A DNA stretch of 64,000 nucleotides from Macrostomum lignano (Eukaryota). The notes beneath the pieces are model-generated. The model did not search any database. It had not been told where the DNA came from and saw only the letters and a list, made by a program, of their open reading frames with translations. Shown in pieces: positions 15,401-33,372 of this stretch. Numbering within the stretch: the stretch's first letter is position 1; every line of letters starts with the position of its first letter. Location: positions 62,001-126,000 of the forward strand of contig NIVC01000922.1 in assembly GCA_002269645.1 (NCBI GenBank). Direction: 5' to 3'. Position numbers and translations under genes: made by a program.

Positions 15401-18056
15401 TGTCGTCTAGAGTAGCCTGGGACAAGCCGAACGCCTCTACTAAATCGGTTTGGTTTTCCAGCACTCGAACAACACCAGGGAGCGCGTCCAATTCGCTGGC
15501 CGGAAGCATCAGTTCTACTTCTGTCCGGAACTGATTTTGCAGCTTGACGGAAGAGCACGCGTCTCGAAGCAGCGCCAGCAACTTAGTGAGCACTTGCTCC
15601 GACTTGAGCGACACATTCAGCACAAAGCCACAGCCGAACGCGTGCTTGAGGAAAAGTGACGAACCGGCGCAGATGAGCGAGCCGCTAGACAAGAAGATTT
15701 TGCGGTCCGCTAGAATGTCCGCCTCGTCCATGAACTGGGTGCACAGAACGATAGCGCGACCGACTTTGTATTCCTGCAGAATTTGCCAAAGCCGTCGCCT
15801 CGACACGGGGTCAAGTCCGCTGGTTGGCTCGTCCAGGAAGATCACTTTTGGTTCGCCGATCAGCGACAGGATGGTGCAGAGTTTGCGCTTCTGCCCACCG
15901 CTAAGCTCTGTCGCCTTCTTATTGACTTTGTCATCCAGATCGAGTCTTGACAGTAAGTCGGCAACTTCGGATTTCCGCTCAGGCAGAGTGTAGCCCCGAC
16001 TAATTAGGGCGAGCTCGATGCACTGCATGACAGTTAAGTCGCTGCACAGAACATTGGTCTGATGGCAAATGCCGAGATGTCCCCTTAGCGTCAAGCGCTG
16101 CAATGGGTCAGTTACCAATCGGCCATCGATTACGGCTTTTCCGTCGGTGGGATTCTCCTCGCCAATGAGGATCTTGAGCAGCGTGGTCTTTCCGGCCCCG
16201 TTGTGTCCAATTAGTGCAGTTATTTGTCCGTCGTACAAGGTGCCTAGAAAAATAGGGAAGAAACGATTAGAAATCGTTTTAGTTAGGGTGCAACCAGGGA
16301 CTACTCAAAGACCGGGACGGGAAACTAGGAATTTTTTACGAGGCTGGTCTTTTATCAGCAGTAGAAAATAACCATAGACAACAAAGTAACACAGCATCTC
16401 TCTAATGCAAATAATTGCCAGCCAGCCTCGTAAAAAAATTTAGTTTCCCGTCCCGGTGTTTGAGTAGTCCCTGGGTGCAACTGGTGCAACCACTTCGCTC
16501 AAAATTGTGGAAACTAACGTTTTTAAGACCAATTTTCAAGCAACCTTACACGATATCCTGTTCAAGGCAGCGACAATCTGCAAGGAACTGCAGGGGTACT
16601 CCTTCTTTCGATAGATTTTATCAACGCCGCGAACTTTTACTCTTGGCCGCAGGCCCTCAGACACTGGCTCGATATTGAGCCGGTTCAACTCCATCTGGCT
16701 GTCCTGCATTGTTGGATTTAAAACGCCGCTTCGAATCCAAAACCGACGTTGAAATATAAAGTTAGCGGGCAGGCGATATCCGTTGCCGTTTGGCGTCAAA
16801 AAGTCGATGTAGATGCTGAGTAGAATTAGAAGTACCGGCACCAAGGAGCTCACAATTGTAACCGCAAGATAATAGCCTGTTATGGCGGCTTGCTCAAACA
16901 GAACGCGTATTAACAACTCGCCAAGGTGGCTAAACGGAAACACTATCAGAACGTAGCGAGCAATTCTGGAGTTTTGATCCTCCCCCATCAGGCTAAGTCG
17001 AATAACCAATATGAGAACAACGTGGACCACCGTGACAAGGACCATTAGTAGAAGAGTGATGAAGAATGACTTAATCAGCGAACTGAACATGTAGCCAAGA
17101 GCTGACAGGTAAATACCGAACAGAACTACCAAGAAGAATGTTGCAAGCAAACTTTCAGCCGGAAAAATTGAGCACTGCAGACCGAATGCCAATACTGTCA
17201 CACCGCCAAACACCAGCATCTCTAGGACAGTCAAAAACCACATGGCAGTCCAATAGGCACCCACTGATAGGCCATTTTGATGCATCAGTTGCAGAAATCC
17301 GTCTTGTTTTAGTCTACTAATACAAGAAACGTTGCCTAGCGTGACAAAAAATGTCATCCCAGTGGAAATCAAAACCATTTGAAGCATCAGCATAGTTGGA
17401 AAGATTAACCGATAGATCGAGCCATTGTTCTTTGTGCAGACTGAATCCTGCGATTGTGTTGGCATCGGTGCGGTCAACTTGTCCCCCGAATTCAGCTGAC
17501 GGGCTTGCTGACTCAACAGGCTAAAAAATTGAACGTTTCTAAACGCTGTGCCATTAGTGCTTAGGGATTGAGCCACGAGCTGCACCGCATACGGACAGCC
17601 GAGATCCGAGTTGTCAGCTAGCAGGCAACTCACCATAACTCTGTTTAACAGGCTGGCAGCTTCGTAATCAGCGTAGCTCAACACCTTCGATCCAGTCGAG
17701 CTGTGCAGAGCGCGCAGGTACTTCGCATCGCAGTCCGACTTCGATGAGCAGTCGGTCAGGAAGCTGTCCTTGTCGGACGGTCGACTCTGCCTCTTGGCAA
17801 CAATGTCTAGCAGCGCCTGCGTCTGCAACAGCCCACTGTCGGCCACCAATCGGCTGCCGCTGACGAAATCCTCGACACCAAACGTTTGCAAGCCGACGAT
17901 GGACTCGGTGCTAGGTGCGAAAGCATTGCTAATTATCGGGTACAGGTAGGTGTTGGACACAAGGCAGGCGATGGGGAACACGCAGTAGAGAAAACGATAG
18001 GACTTCAACCAAATTAACAGCTTGAAGATGAACAAAGCCTGTCTGAAGAACTCCAT
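12404..18056 (-). CDS. ABCA: Full-length ABC transporter of subfamily A (TMD-NBD-TMD-NBD), about 1644 aa, 3 exons
   Basis: Exons 18056-16550, 16243-13171, 12758-12404 total 4935 nt (1645 codons). NBD1 GHNGAGKT / LSGGQKRKL / IFLDEPTSGLDP; NBD2 GPNGAGKT / LSGGNKRRL / VIDEASTGVDP. N-terminus MEFFRQALF..W resembles ABCA starts. The specific ortholog cannot be assigned. Confidence 0.93.
16295..16473. mobile_element. hAT-type MITE (179 bp) in ABCA intron 1
   Basis: About 55-bp TIRs starting CAGGGACTACTCAAA; 8-bp TSD GGTGCAAC at 16287-16294 and 16474-16481. Confidence 0.88.
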
Positions 18057-19322
18057 TACCAATCGCTTGCTTGGTTTTGCCTTTCGTTGAAAGAAAGGCA
18101 AGGGTGGAGTTTTCAGAACCAGTTCTTAGTTGGCGCAGCAGTGTGTTTTAATACAGCTGCAGATAAAAGCAGAGAAAGATTATATTTCGGCCGAGCCATT
18201 TAATTCTTATCAGCATTGGCATTGGTTTATTTGATTCTGGCGACGAGATTTTATTTGGTTGGCTATTTTGGCGAGTGACTCAGCGAATGGCGACTTAGCA
18301 ACCCGAGCTTCGCTGCGCCAAACACTGCCTCTGTGGGCACAAGATACGGCACCGCCCCGGTCCGAGTCACGTGTATATATTATTTAGCTGTAGTGGCTGT
18401 GGTCGGTTTGGTCCCCGCTCCACAGTCCAATTCTGCTTATACGTTCTTACAAGTATGATAAGAGATACTTTCAGGCGTCGGGACGCACAGACTCGACCTG
18501 GCACTGTGTGGTGTTGGGACACTCACGGCGTGCTTCTAGTATTATAAATACGGTTACTCTGATGTACTGTATCAGTAGCTCAACAAATAACTGTATGAAA
18601 ATCAGTACACAGGCGTTAGGACGCACTGCTTTAAATCTGAATAGCCGCAGTTCTGACAACCCCGGAAATGAGCAACACTACGACAGCTCTTACCAATGTG
18701 GTCAATCAGTCGAAAGTCGGGTCGAGCTTGCTTAATTTGCTGTTTTCTTCTTCTAGCTGCTAGATCTCTAATCTCTAGCTTTGTATGGTCTGTATCTGAA
18801 TTTATTCTCTAATCTCTATCCGGCTTTCTCCGCACTTTGTCTGTTTAGTTTTAATTTTAATTTAACAAACACAGGAATGCAACCGCAACAAAGAGAAGGG
18901 CTGAGAACGGCGAGAGAGCCTTTTTTAGGCAAATTAAGACGCACTGAAATATAAATACTGCCAAACCGGCTTAAACAGAGAGAAAAAGGGGGTGAGTGAC
19001 AGAGAGAAGCCTCGCCCAGCCAATCGGAGCCGCCCAGCGTAGCTAAAACAGCCGAACGACCAATCAGGCCGCGGGGGGGGGGGGTAGGCGGGAGGGCGAG
19101 GGCTCAAACAAAGGGCCGGAGCACCCACCCCTAACCAGCCAGAACTGGTCACCCAGGGAGGCCGCCTCAGACAAGGGGTAGCAGGACCAAGAAATGCAGA
19201 TTGCACTACATGGCTAACTTATAGAATCCCGGGTTCGCTTGCTTTAGTATTGCACAGCAAATAATTTAATAGTCTGAAATTAATGCTGACTCTCAATGGA
19301 ATCCAGGTAGGCAGGCAGAGAG

Positions 19323-19545
19323 AGACACTAAGACAGACAGACACACAGACCGACAGACACTAAGACAGGCAGACACAGACCGACAGACACTAAGACAGAC
19401 AGACACACAGACCGACAGAAACTAAGACAGACAGACACACAGACCGACAGACACTAAGACAGGCAGACACAGACCGACAGACACTAAGACAGACAGACAC
19501 ACAGACACTAAGACACTAAGACAAACAAGCGAACAGACAGGCAGA
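19323..19545. repeat. CAGA-derived compound microsatellite
   Basis: Direct reading. Confidence 0.85.
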
Positions 19546-19900
19546 TGAAACATATACTAATAGACTAATGTGAAATGCACAGTCTTCAGCTGGCATCGCA
19601 TGAAGTACAGGTAGCACAAAATTTGTGCATTTAGATCGTACAGACTGCAGATATTCTAGGATTTGCACGCAAGTTAATGCTTACTTTACACTAGCTTCGT
19701 AGGCCTCAGTATAAATTGCATGAGCCCCACCCCTCCCCTTACGCCCCTCTCCTCCCCACCTCCGGTGCGCGCGTAGAGCTTTTAAGCCCGTTGTTTTCAG
19801 GCTTGAAAATTGCTTTGATTTTTTTCTGGATTCTAGTTTTACACGGTTTTATTTTCAATTTATTCTCCAACTGCTATTTCGACACACTGCGCAAATACGT

Positions 19901-20002
19901 AAATGCAACATGCGAAAATGCAACATGCGAAAATGCAACATGCGAAAATGCAACATGCGAAAGTGCAACATGCAAAAATGCAACATGCGAAAATGCAACA
20001 TG
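19901..20002. repeat. 15-bp minisatellite (AAATGCAACATGCGA)
   Basis: About 7 copies. Confidence 0.9.
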
Positions 20003-20177
20003 CGCCTTCCTCTCCTCGTCGCCGCTTTGCGCTCTTTGGGTGGGGGGAGGGGTTAGAGTATTTCATACACTCGAAATTTCACGTCGAAATCTCTAGCAAG
20101 GGACTTCAAAGGTCGAAGTTCACAACGCCGAAAATTCCTGCATGGTTTTTGTTATATTACGTTTTTGACGTTATATA

Positions 20178-20855
20178 TTGTTGTAGCCTAGTGGGGGGTT
20201 GTAGCCTAGTGGGGGTTGTAGCCTAGTGGGGGTTGTAGCCTAGTGGGGGTTGTAGCCTAGTGGGGGGGGTTGTAGCCTAGTGGGGGGTTGTAGCCTAGTG
20301 GGGGTTGTAGCCTAGTGGGGGTTGTAGCCTAGTGGGGGTTGTAGCCTAGTGGGGGGTTGTAGCCTAGTGGGGGGGTTGTAGCCTAGTGGGGGGTTGTAGC
20401 CTAGTGGGGGTTGTAGCCTAGTGGGGGGTTGTAGCCTAGTGGGGGTTGTAGCCTAGTGGGGGGTTGTAGCCTAGTGGGGGGTTGTAGCCTAGTGGGGGGT
20501 TGTAGCCTAGTGGGGGGTTGTAGCCTAGTGGGGGTTGTAGCCTAGTGGAGGGTTGTAGCCTAGTGGGGGTTGTAGCCTAGTGGGGGGTTGTAGCCAAGTG
20601 GGGGTTGTAGCCTAGTGGGGGTTGTAGCCTAGTGGGGGGTTGTAGCCTAGTGGGGGTTGTAGCCTAGTGGGGGTTGTAGCCTAGTGGAGGGTTGTAGCCT
20701 AGTGGGGGTTGTAGCATAGTGGGGGGTTGTAGCCTAGTGGGGGTTGTAGCCTAGTGGCATGGGGGTTGTAGCCTAGTGGAGGGTTGTAGCCTAGTGGGGG
20801 TTGTAGCCTAGTGGGGGGGGGGTTGTAGCCTAGTGGGTGGGGGTTAGCCTAGTGG
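20178..20855 (+). repeat. 18-19-bp G-rich minisatellite made of the SINE 5' end (GGGGGTTGTAGCCTAGT)
   Basis: About 36 copies running directly into the SINE at about 20840. Confidence 0.92.
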
Positions 20856-21125
20856 GGGGGTGGTTGGAGCGTCGGACTCACGACTGGAAGGTCGGGGGTT
20901 CGATTCTCGACCATTTATGAACACTTTGTGTCTTTGAGCAAGACACTTAACTCTGCATTGCTTCAGTTCACCCAGCTGTAAAATGGGTGCCAGCATTAGC
21001 AGGGGTAATTGAGTGTGTGTGTGGCGACGCCCCAGTCCTTGGACTGAACAGCCGTACGCAGCCTTCAGATGAGACGCGCAATAGCTGCGGCTGAGCTGTC
21101 GGTTGCGCATCTGCCTATTGGGGTA
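20838..21125 (+). mobile_element. tRNA-derived SINE with a CORE-like central domain (copy 1)
   Basis: A-box TAGCCTAGTGG, B-box GGTTCGATTCT (20897-20907), and GAGCAAGACACTTAACTCTG...CTGTAAAATGGG resembling the MIR/CORE domain. Two more copies in the window. Confidence 0.85.
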
Positions 21126-21656
21126 GGTTCAACCTTGTAAAATTACTAGCTTTTTGACGTTGTGAAATTTCGAGTTTGTGAAAGCACCCCCTCTCTGCCA
21201 CCCAGTCGCCTTTTTGTTTCTTCTGGTAGGGCTGCGGGTTAGCATCGTTACGGATTTTAGCATTCTAAAACTGATTTATTTTATTTCAGAAGCTTCTTAT
21301 TGCAGATTTAAAACAACATGACTGGCATATAAAGACTGATATCGCAATTCTTGAAATCATATCAGATCTTTTGGCCACAGTCCAACTATGCCAAATTTGG
21401 CAATAGCTATACGAGCTATTCTACAAATGCTAGGGTCTACGCGTAGTTGGCCGTGTTGTGAAAATTATATAAACAATGTGCCCATGTATACTTAGTTTTG
21501 CATCCTGATGAGTCACTCTGTGACCATCATTATTAGTACAACCGTTAGGGTTAGAAAAATTATTTAGACCTAAAATGTTTTGTTTACAGATACTCAACAA
21601 GTTAAGCATTGTATAGTTTATATAGTTCATAGATACCAGAGAAATTTGGCTATGCT

Positions 21657-22208
21657 CAGTTTAAGTCACGGACAGTTCAAACTATGGACAGTTTAGTCAC
21701 GGACAGTTCAAACTATGGACAGTTTAGTCACGGACAGTTCAAACTATGGACAGTTTAGTCACGGACAGTTCAAACTATGGACAGTTTAGTCACGGACAGT
21801 TCAAACTATGGACAGTTTAGTCACGGACAGTTCAAACTATGGACAGTTTAGTCACGGACAGTTCAACTATGGACAGTTTAGTCACGGACAGTTCAAACTA
21901 TGGACAGTTTAGTCACGGACAGTTCAAACTATGGACAGTTTATTCACGGACAGTTTGGTCATGGACAGTTTAGTCACGGAAAGTTTAGTCATGGAAGTTT
22001 AAGCCATGGAAAGTTTAAGCCATGGACAGTTTAAGCTATGGACAGTTTAAGCCATGGGCAGTTTAAGTCATGGACAGTTTAAGTCATGGACAGTTTAAGT
22101 CATGGACAGTTTAAGCCATGGGCAGTTTAAGCCATGGATAGTTTAAAAGCCATGGACAGTTTAAAAGCCATGGACAGTTTAAAAGCCATGGACAGTTAAA
22201 GCCATGGA
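21657..22208. repeat. 31-bp minisatellite grading into a 16-18-bp unit (ATGGACAGTT core)
   Basis: Direct reading. Confidence 0.92.
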
Positions 22209-22845
22209 AAAATTATAATGTTATAGAAAAGTTATTGACAAAAGTTTTGATAATTCGTACTGTGCAAAATTTAATAGCGGTGACTCCCATTGTCTGTATT
22301 GAAAATTTTCAAATACGTGATAAAATTAGTAAGAACGATACTTGAACACTTGTTAAGAAGCATGAAAATAACAATAGAAACTAGGTCTGGTAGGTTTGTA
22401 CTTTTAGCTGCGTACTTCTTAAAATTCTCGTATAAAAATAATGCAGGCAAGCTGAGAAATTTTCAATTCAATGAATTTCTTATTGTGAATTTCTTTTTCT
22501 GTCAGCTTACAGTTTTTTGTTTTACTTAAAAAACCGCATTAAAATAAATGGGCAAACTACGAGTATTTCATCGAATAAAGTACTAACACTTAAAGACTTC
22601 ACTAGAAGATCCCAGATGCTGAAATAACGGATTTGTTAAGAGTTCTCATTAGTACTGAGTGTGTAGTCAGTCAGGTGAAGTCAGTCAGGCGCCCAATGAC
22701 TGTGAGGAAGCTGCTTGCGCAGTGCTGAGAGTGTGAAGGTGTGGTTGCAGCTAGAATCAATTCAGTTCAAATAGCTCTATAAAACGCAAAAAAACAGAAA
22801 CAAAAACACACTCGCGGAAGTAAACCTTGGTACAGTTCCCTACGC

Positions 22846-23815
22846 TCAACCCTCTCCTGGCTTGCTCTGAAACCAGCCGAACAGGATGACGAACGCAACC
22901 AGACTGGCTGGACAGGCCACCAGCCCAACAGCCGTCGCTCCAATCATTGCTGTGCCCAAACAGGCGGCACTGAGCCTGGCCAAAGTGAGGCTCAGCCAGC
23001 ACACATCGGCAACTAGAGTGCCCGTCCACAGGCCGGCCACGCACAGCACGCCCCGACGGCTGAACCAACCAGCGTCGCGGTCTCCATTGCTTGCAACAGG
23101 ATCCTCCCGATTCTGGCTGGACCGCTGCGGCGGCAGCAAAGCCAACAGCAGACTGGCCAGCAGCGTCGCCAGAGACGCCGCTAGAACGGCGAACGCGCAG
23201 CCGATCAAGTTTGAGCAGCGTCGTTTAAGCATGAGCACGTCTAGCGCGGCCAGAGCCGCTCCGTGCACCAAGAGAATCGCCGAACACGCGACTAGCTTGG
23301 CCCGGTCGCGCATCAGATCGCCAGCCGGTAGAGCGTCGAGGCCTCGGCGCTGCCTGTACAGCTGGTTCTGACGGTACCGCTGCTGCTGCGGCTGCGATGA
23401 TGCGTCCACGGAAGACGGATCGAGAGTGGCTGTGGAGCCGGCAGCGACGCCCTGACCAGCAGCTGCGGTGCCAGTCGACGTTGTCTCAAATAGGATGGAC
23501 ATTTTCTGATAGCATGCAGGCCGTGATCTGGTTGTTAATTTGTCTCTGTCTTTCGAACGTGTCGAACGTTTGTCTCCCTCTGGGCCGTGAGATGATGATT
23601 TTTATCTGCGGATAAGATATGTTCTCATGGCTACAAGCCAATCGTCTTACCCAAAAGAGGATTCTACAAAGCTTGGGGATATTTCTTGGATATTGCCTGT
23701 CCCTTGTAGTTGGCCACTCTGCATTAAATATTAATCCCCAGCTGGGATCCACCCCTCCCTCCCTGTTCCCTAAACGCAATTGACCGCCAATCCTCACCGG
23801 GAAACGCTGGCCCAT
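22846..23815 (-). CDS. Uncharacterised membrane protein with about 4 TM segments (225 aa)
   Basis: Exon 23815-23798 (MGQRFP, donor GTGAG) joins in frame to exon 23505-22846. Four hydrophobic stretches in two hairpins. No family recognised. Confidence 0.65.
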
Positions 23816-25116
23816 GGAGTTGCTCTGCTGCTATTCGACGCCACTTGAAGCCTCCGCTCGTCTCCGAGTGTCTCCCATTACAAACTATCCATCCTGCTCC
23901 CCGCCTTGGTTGCTTTATTTACAGCCAGTTCAAACTGGTTGGTCTTCGCTTAATGCAGTAAGTAGTGGCTTTAGACCTGCCTATTATTGATTCGGTTAGG
24001 GAATTTGAGAGCTTTTGGGCGCAAAGACACAACAAAGTTAATATTCCATGTTTTAATGGATCATATCATATAAGTCCAAAGTCTACAGTAGCTATTTGGA
24101 AAGTACGAGTAACCAATGACTGAAAGAACTCAATTTTCTAAGCTAAGATCGTGACCATTCGTAGAAGAAGAAGGGGTTGATGACCACAGAACAAAGGGTG
24201 TTGGGGCTTGAGCACCATTGAACTGGGGTAGCTCGTATTGGGGGCTTGAGCACCATGGAACAGGAGTTTGATCATACATTTATTAAATCAGAGGCCTTTA
24301 AGAACTGCTTTTGATATAACGCACGCACATATAACACACCTATATTAGCACATAATGTACCACGTCATATTACACACAACAACACTATATTAAGCCAATT
24401 AACAGAACATTAGCCATATTAAGGTAGCTCTTACAATAAAAATACATTAGGAAGCACAGATTGGCTAAAGACAATTAGGAGTACCGATCCTGATAGGTAC
24501 ACAGTAGTGCTGTATTGACTATTGACTCGGCAGGGAGTTATTACACTAGAGCAGCATAACTCTTTCAGTTTCCATGGAGAGAACGGTAGACGAAGAGAGA
24601 GAGAGAGAGAGAGACAGACAGAGAGGAAAATATAGCCCATTCCCCGAGGAAACAGCTAGTATCCCGTCCACCGGACACCATTTTGCAAATAGCTAGTGAT
24701 GTGATTCTCTCTGCCTTCGACCAGACACCGCTCTGCATCCGGTTTAGCTGGTTGGACCATCTGAGCCCTCTTGAGCCAGCCGGTATGATCCGATAAGCCG
24801 AATGTGCGACAGCTCTCACTCCGCATCTTCTTGATTGAGTCCTCTGACATCGATAAGAGCGGCTTAGCGCTACTCCAAGTCACGGCGCCACTGTCAAGAT
24901 AAGCATTTAAATGACGTTCAAACGTCTCTCAAAAATCAGTAAAATGTTAGATATGTTTATTGTTTAACGTAGTAACTTTTTTTACTTGCCATCATCTTGA
25001 ATCGCATGTGAAGTGGACAAAAAGAACAAATTCGATAATAACTCTCAATGCTAATTGACGCACGAAAATGGATTATTGCCCGCGTGTCAGTGTTCATCGT
25101 CCGAACAGATTCCAGT

Positions 25117-32076
<6,960 letters not shown>

Positions 32077-33372
32077 ACAGACTAACTGATCACTTCCTTA
32101 TCATGACTGAATTTTATAAGCTTCTGACACCTATATTTTGATGCCACATCCTGATACCTATGTTTTGGTGCCACCTCCTGACACCTCGTTTGGCGCCACC
32201 TCCTGACACCTAGTTTGGCGCCACCTCCTGACACCTATAGTTTGGCGCCACCTCCTGACACCTAGTTTGGCGCCACCTCCTGACACCTATAGTTTGGCGC
32301 CACCTCCTGACACCTATAGTTTGGCGCCACCTCCTGACACCTAGTTTGGCGCCACCTCCTGACACCTATAGTTTGGCGCCACCTCCTGACACCTAGTTTG
32401 GCGCCACCTCCTGACACCTAGTTTGGCGCCACCTCCTGACACCTAGTTTGGCGCCACCTCCTGACACCTAGTTTGGCGCCACCTCCTGACACCTATGCTT
32501 TAAGCGCCACCTCTTGACACCTATGTTTTAAGCGCCACCTCTTGACACCTATGCTTTAAGCGCCACCTCCTGACACCTATGCTTTAAGCGCCACCTCTTG
32601 ACACCTATGCTTTAAGCGCCACCTCCTGACACCTATGCTTTAAGCGCCACCTCTTGACACCTATGCTTTAAGCGCCACCTCCTGACACCTATGCTTTAAG
32701 CGCCACCTCTTGACACCTATGCTTTAAGCGCCACCTCCTGACACCTATGCTTTAAGCGCCACCTCGTGACATCTATGTTTTAAGCGCCACCTCTTGACAC
32801 CTATGTTTTGGCGTCACTTCTGACAGCCATTCGGCGCCCGTTTATTCGCCCCTTTCTCTCACCCCTTTATCGTAGCCACTTCCTGACGGTCATTTTTAGT
32901 CCCAAACGATCGTCTAAATTCCTAAAAAAATTCTGTGCAAGGCCCAGCAAGAAGGACCAGAAGCCTATCTAATCTCCGTTCTGCCCGGGCGCTTACCGAT
33001 TTATTAATAACTCAAAAATCTTCCGGAAAAATTGGCACGTGGCGAGTAATCGCCTCTCTTATTCTATTTTGGACGTTGTAAATAATTTAGCAGCGGATGC
33101 TTTTATCTCGGACAAATCAATTCTTTCTCTATTGAAAAAGCCGAACTCTGAGCCGGAGTTTCCCCACTAAATACCGATAAGATACACGAGCCAAAGTGGC
33201 AAGCTCTGCTTAAGCTGCTGGGATGATAACGAATCAAAATCTCCATCGGGATTTGATTGGACCAGAATCCCCATCTGACGCCTGCCATCTGACGGAATTT
33301 CAAGGGTTAGAAAGCCACAGAATCGCTTCGAATACTCGTAGCAAAGCTGTGCAACAGAAGCCTCATCAAGCC
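32077..33372. promoter_or_regulatory. Putative bidirectional promoter between the divergent channel genes
   Basis: 1.3 kb between ATG 32076 (-) and ATG 33373 (+); positional inference. Confidence 0.55.
32140..32825. repeat. 25-28-bp minisatellite (TTTGGCGCCACCTCCTGACACCTAG) in the intergenic region
   Basis: Two sub-arrays: TTTGGCGCC units, then TTTAAGCGCC units. Confidence 0.95.

Noticed and set aside
18389-18685. Possible second solo LTR (TG...CA with TATAAATA)
   Set aside because: No matching TSD and weak terminal inversion.
20060-21185. Short inverted repeat (ACTCGAAATTTCAC) around the SINE and its array
   Set aside because: Only about 20 bp, with no definable ends or TSD.
24656-24883. 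75-aa minus ORF between the 4-TM gene and channel A
   Set aside because: No motif, no ATG at the annotated start, and no splice join to either neighbour found.
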